Part shown: positions 54,572-64,000 of the stretch, piece after piece | Layout of the letters: every line of letters starts with the position of its first letter | Numbering within the stretch: the first letter of the stretch is position 1 | Assembly: GCF_964355755.1 (NCBI RefSeq) | Contig: NC_092675.1 | Span: 15,968,912 to 16,032,911, forward strand | Origin: Antedon mediterranea | Taxonomy: Eukaryota > Animalia > Echinodermata | DNA length: 64,000 nt | Reading direction: 5' to 3' | Notes under the pieces: generated by a model | Databases searched by the model: none | Seen by the model: the letters and a program-made list of their open reading frames with translations, nothing else | Told to the model about the DNA's origin: nothing | Program-made: the position numbers and the translations under genes

Positions 54572-55270
54572 TCAAATACTCTACCTTTGAATGATAGAAC
54601 TGCAAATTGGAATATTAATAATAATAAAAAATGTAAATTGTGCGGTACAAATTCGGACGAAGACATCCATCATTTCATCCTTAATTGTCCAGCGTTAAAT
54701 AATATACGTAATCAGGAATTATTTAATTTATATGTGGATATGTATAGAAATGGCAGCAAAGATGATACTTTTTATACTTCTCATGAAAATGACAAACTTA
54801 AATATATTTTGGGATACTCAGATAATTTAATTGATGAAGAGTGTGAAAATATTTTGGATAGTTTTTGTAAAAGATACCTAAAACAAGCATGGAAATTTCG
54901 AAATGATTCACTGAATTTCATGACTCAATAACTATGTTATCTACATTGCTACATTAAGTAAATTGAAAAAAAAAAGTGGCGGGGGGGGGGGAGGGTTGGG
55001 GGTTTTTCGTAATAAGCTGTGTTTATCAGTTGATTTTATTTTATTTTATACACTTTTTCTATATCTTGTTTTGTATTCATTGTGTAAAGTAATGATCTAC
55101 TGTATGTATCGATGTAAATTGGGGGGGGGGGGGGTAGGATAGGGGTTGATAGTTGCTTTTGCCTTTTTTTACTTTTCTGTTAATTGTTATATTTTATATT
55201 GTGAAGGATGCACCTTTGTGCTAAGTGTGCCACCGATCTAAAGGTGTAATACCAAATAAATAAATAAATA
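54572..55270 (+). mobile_element. 5'-truncated non-LTR retrotransposon (RT C-terminal zinc finger, 3' UTR, (TAAA)n tail)
   Basis: ORF 54587-54931 has CKLC..EDIHHFILNCPALNNIR (CCHC), followed by a T/G-rich UTR, stem-loop CACCTTT..AAAGGTG and an AAATAAATAAATAAATA tail. Confidence 0.8.
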
Positions 55271-57200
55271 ATCATTTATATGCTGTTATGCAAGGCATGC
55301 ATACGGAATATGTAATCATTTCGCCGTTAATAACAGAAAACCGTTGTTTTTCCTGTAAATCGCGAGCCAGATATGATTACAAAATGATAGCTGTCTGCTG
55401 TTAGAAAGCCAATAAATGCAGCTCACTTTTGTGGTTATACCGAATAAGTGAATATGCTTTGTAATTTAAATCTAATTTGATTAAAGTACTTGTTTATAGC
55501 ATTAATTTCAATTGTTTGAAATCAAAACTGACTTTCTTAAAACTATTCATAATGAACAATGGGGTTTTACCCTCAACGTAATTTGTCGGCAAGTCGCGGT
55601 TTCGTTTGAAGACATTAAGATGGCAAATTCCCCTTACTTTCGTTGTCTTTTACTTCTTCCTTCTTCTAAATCCCCCTCAAACTGCTGTATTGTTACGTTT
55701 TTTGATAATTATTTTATTCCGACCGTCAATGTTATATTCATGGGCTTATCTTTTATATTTGAAGTATAGGCCTATTGTGTGTGTTGTTTAAATATGTCTC
55801 TTCTCAGATAGTTCTTCCTTATAAATAAAATTTAATTTCAGACAGTCTATCATGACTCTCTGATTTTTGGCATCGTCATCAAATATTATCTTTTACCATC
55901 AGTTTTATGTTCAACCTGTTACTCCATTCTCTATCTATCCCATGTGCTGTACATGGTGCATCAACATCCATAAATAATCTTGTTAGGATTACGAAAATTG
56001 TTTTATGTTCACTTATCATGTGGTATTGCCTATATATTTTTTACACCTTGGTGTGGTCTTGCCATAACTTAATATATTACAGATATCGGTACTACCCCCT
56101 ACATAGGCTCATACAGCACGAGGGGGATTACCTCACAACATGAACGGCTTATAGTATTTCAAGCTAGGTTGGTGTTCAGAGATCAGCGCAACAGTTTCAA
56201 ATAAACCGGCACGTCGGATACCTGTTGATGTTATACGCATGGTTTGTAAATATTTTACTCCTGTGTCCTCAACACCTGAAAAGCGGTGTTGTTTCATCGA
56301 ATTCCTAACGTATCACCTTGGAGAAGCTAATTACTAACATTTGGAAAGGCATAAGATCCCCGTGACATCACATTTAAGCATACGGGACTGGCTCTTAATC
56401 CGGTAATCCATCGCTATTAACTGTAGTTGCTCCTGCGGGGATATGAATCTCAAAGTTACATCTGAAAACATCTTTTGATCGTGATTGTCTCGGATTCCAG
56501 AGGCCTAGTAACCACTTTATAGTAGGTACTCGTCGGTTCGATAGGACAACCAATCGATTCCATTGATAGCAACCTTCTTATGGGAATTACAGATCAACAT
56601 AATAATATCATATAGAGCCTAGAACTAAACTATGGGTTTAAAGGTTCTGTCGTCATCAATTCATATCCATTACCTTGTTGGGTAATGAAATTCCAGTACC
56701 CACTTTTGATAATTATTAATAGAAAATGTTGTTCATTATTTTGTGAAGTAATTTTTAATTGATATAATAAATATCTAGGGCCGATTAATTAATATGATAA
56801 AAAAAAATGTTTTTTTGGTTTTTTCGTTGTTTTGCTTTTCAACAATTAGTTTTAGTTCGTAAAAGCCGCTGAATGTTAAAAAAGTAACAACGGAACTCAG
56901 ATCGGGAATAAATACCGGGTAATATCTATCTCTCTCCTACCCATTTTAAAAAGTATATTTAGATTATGTCTCAGTGGTCGTTTTACTCATTATATTTTTT
57001 GTATTATATTTTATATACTTATAAATACAACCAATTTTAATTGCATTATAACCTCATTCATACAAACCTCTATCATTTCATGAACCTCTCCCCCCTCCCC
57101 CCACCCCCTCTTTATACAACACCGTATATATATATTTTGTATTGGTGTGATAATATGATGAATAAATGTATCCGTATTCGAAAATTTCAGCAGACGATTC

Positions 57201-57301
57201 CGAGATCGGGTCTGGGTTGGCACCGACTTTGAGTTCGGGTCTCGGTTGGTTCCGACTTCGAGTTTGGGTCTCGGTTGGCGCCAACTTCGAGTTCGGGTCT
57301 C
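57201..57301. repeat. 29-bp minisatellite, left part (interrupted by the Academ-like element; resumes at 60107-60152)
   Basis: Unit TCGGGTCTCGGTTGGCACCGACTTCGAGT in the same orientation on both sides of the insertion. Confidence 0.9.
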
Positions 57302-60106
57302 TAGTCCAGTAAAAATATGGTTGAACCTAGAACAAATTGCAACAGAATTTTTTTTTGTTTTATTTGGTTGATATGGTAAACATAAACATCATATCCAAAG
57401 TTTACCAAAATCGGACATCGGGAAGTGGGTTAATCAGCATAAATTCAAAATGGCCGCCATTTGCTATTTTAAAGCCACATATCTCCTCAACGGTTGGATT
57501 TAGACCACCTAAGTGCATTACGAGTAGATATAAATGTGATATTGAACATTCTAATTAGCATATTTAAATTTCCATATGACGTACCTATGACGTCATATGG
57601 TAGTTATGACGTCATAAATTATGTTATAAATGCTTAAATGACATTATACTATGCGAACAATTTAGAAACTGCAGAAAAACAAGTTTCCTAACATTCTCCT
57701 TATTGAAATAAACATAATTTCCAAAGTTTACCAAAATCGGACGTCAGGAAGTGTGTTAATTAGCATAAATTCAAAATGGCCGCTATATTTACTATATCAT
57801 TTTGAAGCCCTATCTCCTTAATGGTGGTTTTAGACCACCAAAGTGCATTGCGAGTAGATATAAATGTGACATTAAACTTCCCAATTAGCGCATTTAAATT
57901 ACCATATGACGTAAATATGACGTCATAAGGTAGTTGTGACGTCATATATTATGTTATAACTGCTTAAATGGCATTATCCCATGCTAAAAAATGCAGGAAA
58001 ACAATTTCCTGTTGAAATGAACATGATATCCTAAGTTCACCAAAATCAGACTTCAAGAAGGGGTTCAATTAGCATAAATTCAAAATGGCTGCTATTTACT
58101 ATACCATTTTGAAGCCCTGTATTAGGTTGGGTTTAGACAGCCTATGTGCATTACGAGTAGATATATATGTAAAAACCGTTGACATTTATCATTAAGTTTC
58201 CATTTACAAAATCTAATGAAAATAGTTATTCTACAGAACCGTATGAAAGGTGATCGCACATCTTGTTTTGTGTTTCCTAAAACTACATCTTTTAAAACTT
58301 TATCTCTTTAAATTGGTAAAGGAATAAAAAAAATATTGTAATGAGGCGATTTTCTGTGGGTCAGGCTATTCAAACCCATCATTCCCACAAACTCATCTCA
58401 ATTACACAACTGGAAATTGAGATGACACATGAAATGATAAATGTCATACTGTAGTTTTCGGTATAGTCAGCATCTCCATTCTGCTCTTTCAAAGTTTCTA
58501 TTTCATTGCATCTGTTTGGTGTCGATCATTTATGAGACAACAACTTGTTATGATGTTTTATATTATGTTTATCTTTTGAATGCTGTTTCCAAGATTCAAT
58601 GAGCATATAACAAGGACACTTCATCCTAGTGTCAACTAGGATGAAGAACCATCAGTTAAAGATACACATCACCGGAATCCAAAAGGGGTTGTTAAGGTAA
58701 TAAAGTAATTTTCAAACTTTCCACTACTAATTACAGTATTTAAATTTTCGACAAGACAGTATTCAACTTCCTTGACAGAAAACGTCAGAAAAATGGAATA
58801 GAAACTTTGAATGCAGATGGGGATCTATTAAATATCTTACATTGCCATAATAAAAAAAAAGCGATTGCGTTTTGAGACAGAAGGAGCAAACAATAGTGGA
58901 ATAATTGGTACTTAAAGAAAACATCTTAAGGAGCAAATTTGCAACATCTTTGTAATGCTCTGCACTTGCAAAGAAACAGGGGGATGCATTATATTCGAAG
59001 CAAGAACTGTTCTGAAGTAGACTTGCTGTGCCTACATGTATGGTGGAAGTATTTTGACGGCGCCAACATTACATTTTCTATGTATGTACTTTGGATGGGA
59101 AACTTACTGTGATCCAACTCCATATTTAGGATGGGGTCGAATTATTAAATCCCAGACTCATTACAGAATTAAGAATCTCGTTTCTTTAAATATATATGAG
59201 ATATATGAGATATATATGAGATATATGAGATATATATGCAGTTATAAAAAGTTGCAGTTGCAGAAAATTAACTGGAATGTTCTATTGCATGTTGTGAAGG
59301 GTGGCCGAATAACTTCTGATACCCATGATCTTAACCTGGATGTGGTAAATGTTGTACTATTTTCATGAGATTAAAAACATTTTTTCCTTTCGGTTTCTAT
59401 ATTTTCCTCTTAGAATAATGCCAATTGAGCATTATTGTGACAAAATACATGACGTCATACAGTATGTCTTATGACATCATAGGTACGTTATATGGCAATT
59501 TAAATATGCTAATTATAAAGTTTAATATCACATTTATATCTACTCGCAGTGCACTTAGGTGGTCTAAAACCAAGCGTTAAGGAGATATGGAGCTTCAAAA
59601 TGGTATGATAAATAGCGGCCATTTTGAATGTATGCTAATTAACCCACTTCCTGACGTCCGATTTTGGTAAACTTTGGAAATAATGTTCATTTCAACAAGG
59701 AGAATGTCAAGAAACATGTTTTCTTGCAGTTCCTAAATTGTTCGCATAGTATAATGTCATTTAAACAGTTATAACATAATATATGACGTCACAACTACCA
59801 TATGACGTCATAGGTACGTCATATGGGAATTTAAATATGCTAATTAGAATGTTTAATATCACATTTATATCTACTCGTAATGCACTTAGGTGGTCTAAAT
59901 CCAACCGTTAGAGAGATATGAGGTTTCAAAATAGCAAATGGCGGCCATTTTGAATTTATGCTAATTAACCCACTTCCCGATGTCCGATTTTGGTAAACTT
60001 TGGATATGATATTCGTTTGAACTATATTCACCAGACAAAAAAAAAAAAAATTCTGTTGCAATTTGTTCTAGGTTCACCCTATTTTTGACTTATCTTTACT
60101 GGACTA
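57302..60106. mobile_element. Non-autonomous long-TIR DNA transposon, Academ-like
   Basis: Ends TAGTCCAGTAAA / TTTACTGGACTA, 3-bp TSD CTC (57299-57301, 60107-60109) and ~680-bp TIRs built from ~320-bp subrepeats. The mirrored ORFs 57337-57558 and 59840-60061 reflect the TIR. Confidence 0.8.
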
Positions 60107-61036
60107 CTCGGTTGGCACCGACTTCGAGTTTGGGTCTCGGTTGGCACCGACTAGAGCTTCTGCAATTTCCGTAAACAATTTTTACATTTTGGTTTTTAAT
60201 GATCTTTTTAACAATTAACATTAAACCTTTACTCTAAATGCATTGTTCTACTTTAGTAGTTGATATTACGTAAGTTTAAAATAATGTTAAAAATGCTTTT
60301 AGATGTCAGCCGCTTCGCTTTCGCGATCTCAATGCAAGGCAAAACAAATACTAATTTAGTAATTACTCAAAATACACATTAACTCTGTCTTTTCATTGTC
60401 ACTTGAAACGTACATTGATAAAGTAGTCCTACAATGACAAAATCATTTAGGCTAACAATACGAATACAACAATCTGCTTTTTACAGCCACCAGTTGAATA
60501 TATACCAATTGATATGCAATGAAGTTAAAACGAATTCAACAATTGAATCAGTAAGTGAACGATATCAGCAGAATGTATAAAACAAGGACATTCTAGCGAT
60601 TAGCAATTGCGAAGGAACCAACTACGTTGATTATTGTAAACAATACACTAAATACGCTAATATGACAATTATTTTGAAGGGTCGGTTTAAAATAAGTTCC
60701 GAAATTGTGATGTTTATAACAGAAATACTTGAAAAGAACAAACTAATTGATATAGTTTTGAGAATAATATTGGGAAACTACAAACGAATTGTTTTGCATA
60801 AACTAAGGAATGGCATCTAAAGGCATAGGCATACTGTAAAAGTGTATAAGCGGCAAGAAATAATTATTTCTTACAAAAACTGCCGCTTGACTTTTTGACG
60901 TAACTGTTTATTATTTTCTTTCTTCATTAAATCAGGGTGGACGCAGAGGTGTTGTTGCCCCAGTTGCTCGGTAATTCATACTAATTTTCTTTCTGTCACT
61001 AAATTAAAATTTTGATTTAATCATAATATAACCATT

Positions 61037-61470
61037 AATATATATAAATCCAAAGGCAAATTACTGAAAAAAATGACAATGCTGTGGGTATCAGTGGCTG
61101 GATCTCAATGGAGATATAAAAATAAAAAGCGAAAAGCTAAATCAAAACGATAAAGTAAACAGCCAGAAAAGTTAGCAGAGCTTTCGGGCAACACTAGCCC
61201 TTCATCAGTGCAAGTGAAGGAATTTGGATAACGTCATAGTATAAAGTTATCCAAAGTACCCTCCATAATAACAGCAAAATCAGATCAAAATTGATACAAA
61301 CAGTAGAAAATATATATAAATCCAAAGGCAAATTACTGAAAAAAATGACAATGCTGTGGGTATCAGTGGCTGGATCTCAATGGAGATACAAAAATAAAAA
61401 GCGAAAAGCTAAATCAAAACGATAAAGTAAACAACCAGAAAAGTTAGCAGAGCTTTCGGGCAACACTAGC

Positions 61471-61474
<4 letters not shown>
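61037..61474 (-). mobile_element. Penelope-like pLTR / non-LTR retrozyme-like element (1.6 copies of a 272-bp unit)
   Basis: 166-bp direct repeat at 61037-61202 and 61309-61474, bounded by (TA)n tracts and containing a hammerhead core. Confidence 0.8.
61172..61213 (-). ncRNA. Minimal type I hammerhead ribozyme
   Basis: Minus strand reads UUGCA-CUGAUGA-A-GGGC-UAGUGUU-GCCC-GAAA-GC-UC^UGCUAA: intact CUGANGA/GAAA core, stem II GGGC/GCCC, stem I GCA/UGC and a palindromic AGCU stem III. Confidence 0.8.

Positions 61475-61506
<32 letters not shown>
61475..61506. repeat. (AT)n microsatellite at the end of the hammerhead element
   Basis: About 16 AT units. Confidence 0.9.
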
Positions 61507-61509
<3 letters not shown>

Positions 61510-64000
61510 TCTAAACATGCTCAGAATGAATTTCTGACTGCATTGCTTCATGAGAAGGTACGAAAGGCCACATATCCATAATTATTGCATTTTGCCGGGA
61601 TTCCACATCATTTAAGTTTTTCCGTAGTAGGCCTACCCTATTTATTTTCATTTCCTTACGTCCGTATATTTGGCCGAATTTCCGTATAGTAATTACGGAC
61701 GTTCCGAACTTTGAAATTATTAAGTGTTTAATTTCTTCTTTCTGCAAATTTCGATCATATTTTCTTTTTTCTGGAGTGTGGTTTACGCAACACTGTCTTG
61801 TACAGTTTATGTTTTGTTGTTTGCTACTGTAGCCCAATATTTCCGGCGAACTATAGGTGCCATTTATCGTGTATTGTACGTGCGAGAGTACCCTCCGGTC
61901 ATATAGGGGTGTCATTTAACTAAATTCGCTTCCCCACAGGCCCCCACCATGTGGGGACCTGGCGCCAATACTCGATATCTACGGTGTTGGACTCTTGGGC
62001 AACCCCCTTAAAATAGTCCTGCGATCCGCCCCTGAGTATGATCAAAGATAGCTTAACTACGGTAATACTTCTATTGTTCCGTTTCTGTTTTAAAACTACA
62101 GGCATGATATTCGATTTATAGGTATTTAGCACTTTTGCTCTTTCATTGCCTTATTTATTTCGTTTTATCTTTTTTTTGTATTGTACAGTATATGGCAAAA
62201 ATTGAATAATTAAAATAAACTTCCCATATTTTAGACAATAATTTAAATAGGGCAAAAATAATTAATACCAATATACGTATGAAGCGTGTTAGAACTTAGC
62301 AATACACTGCTTTATAAATGATTGCAATACTTTTTAAGACACACACATTCGCAGATTCATACGGACACTGTTTTTCTATTCATTTTTGTTGTTTATTCAA
62401 AGTTTCACATTTTTAGGCAAAAAATAATTATGACTATTTAAAGTAGCCATTATTGATTAAAACTAGCCTAGGTCCAGGCCTAGACTAGGCCTACTTAATT
62501 TTATTAAAGAAAGCGGGACCGAGTACGATTTTTATTTTGAATAAAAAAATACCTTGACGGTGCTTCCGATTCTGTTAACGGTGACGTGTATTCCATCGGT
62601 CGTTGTAGTAGTGGCAATTAGAAGCAGCGAGATGGTTAAACTTCGAAAGTCTTGTAGGCCTACATCTTTCGACGCAGACGATCGACCATCTCTAGATTGG
62701 GTAATCAACATCTTGGACATCTATAAAGAAAATGAGAAGAGAAATCCAACATGCCGGGGTATCAACGGGCCTTAGTTTTTTTTAATATAGTTTTTAATTA
62801 TTATTAACATATAAACAGTATAAACAAAGTTTAGACATAATTATAATGTATGAATTTATAATATTCAATGATTTATAATAAAATAATAATATAGTAATAA
62901 TGAAAAAAATTGATAATATACATAGTATTAAAATGGCAATTACCCGCACGAACATTAAGAATAAAATCCTTTTATCCATTTATTTCTTCCGCCAATTTAG
63001 GCCTATGTGTGTTTCTTTTTAAGTTCATTTTTCATTAAACATTTAAAATAAAATTACAAAAGAGACGAAGCTCACAAAACATTATTTAAAAAACGAACAT
63101 TTTAAGTTGCTATTGGTAAGTATAAGTATTGTAAAAAAGTAAGTATATACAATTTGTTAATTTTAAATTTTTCTTTGTAATGTATTTCAATATAAGACTT
63201 AACATAATATATATAAAAAAGTAATAAAAAAACTCTTTTATTTTTTTAAACACGGTTAGATGTCCTATAAATTTTAATTATGATTCTTTATTATAATTTT
63301 TATATTTCAATATATTGTATAAATGAAAAACATACAAAAAGATCTCCCGTTTATAAAAAAAATCATTTTTCTTATATCAATTATAATTATATTTTTTCTT
63401 TATTTTTAGGTTACCAATATACAGTCATATACATGCCATTTATTCACGACAATCATCCTTTAACCTTATTATAGGTAAATTGTTACTCTATTGTATTTAA
63501 GATTGTAATACTGTACATCGATCTAAGCTATATATTTTATTATTTTTATATTATTAAACGTTTTTCCTACTAAAATAAATCCTATTTATTATTGTATAAC
63601 TTAACTTGTTATTTTTTCTTTTCATGCAAACCTGAGAGATATATCATCATTATTATATTATATATCATAAACATATAGCTAACTAACAAAGTGTTCGTTG
63701 ATACTTGTCAAGTAAACTACAATCAATAAGACCTCGATAATGTTGTCAACATAATATTAGGTTAATTATTAAGAGCAATCATAATTGTTATCTAAAACTC
63801 TATCCACCAAAATATTAAAAAACGTTACTATAGTTAAATTGATTTGTACAGTAATACAATAATTATTATTTGTGTGGTGACCTGTATATATACACGTTTA
63901 GCTAAAATTAATAAGTAATAAAGTGTTTATTTTTAAATTTTGCTTTCATTGATACTTGTCGGGAGAACTATACTATCAACAATCGACACCAAGCTGATGT

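Noticed and set aside
57337-60061. Paralogous 73-aa ORFs at 57337-57558 and 59840-60061 as duplicated genes
   Set aside because: They are mirror images inside the terminal inverted repeats and have non-ATG starts.

Overview
AT-rich invertebrate (metazoan) genomic DNA. The only host protein-coding gene I can support is a minus-strand DmrtA/Dmrt4-5-type (DMRTA2-like) transcription factor. Its DM-domain exon is at 46624-47023 and its DMA-domain exon at 36950-37765, joined in phase across an ~8.9 kb intron, with a probable 3' exon starting at 36571. The rest is a gene desert filled with mobile DNA. This includes a 7.1 kb Ngaro-type tyrosine-recombinase retrotransposon (21131-28202) with identical split direct repeats but decayed gag/RT-RNaseH/YR, a ~28 x 45-bp minisatellite that may lie inside a spliceosomal intron, and a 3' array of hairpins with covarying stems. 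There is also a 2.8 kb long-TIR Academ-like element inserted in a 29-bp minisatellite (57302-60106), a Penelope/retrozyme-like 272-bp-period repeat with a minimal hammerhead ribozyme (61037-61474), Kolobok- and HINE-like short elements and LINE fragments. The intergenic DNA carries many TA-(3-4 nt)-TA motifs (TAGGCCTA, TACWGTA, TACCGGTA) that resemble transposon excision footprints. All family assignments come from motif recognition by eye, not from database searches.
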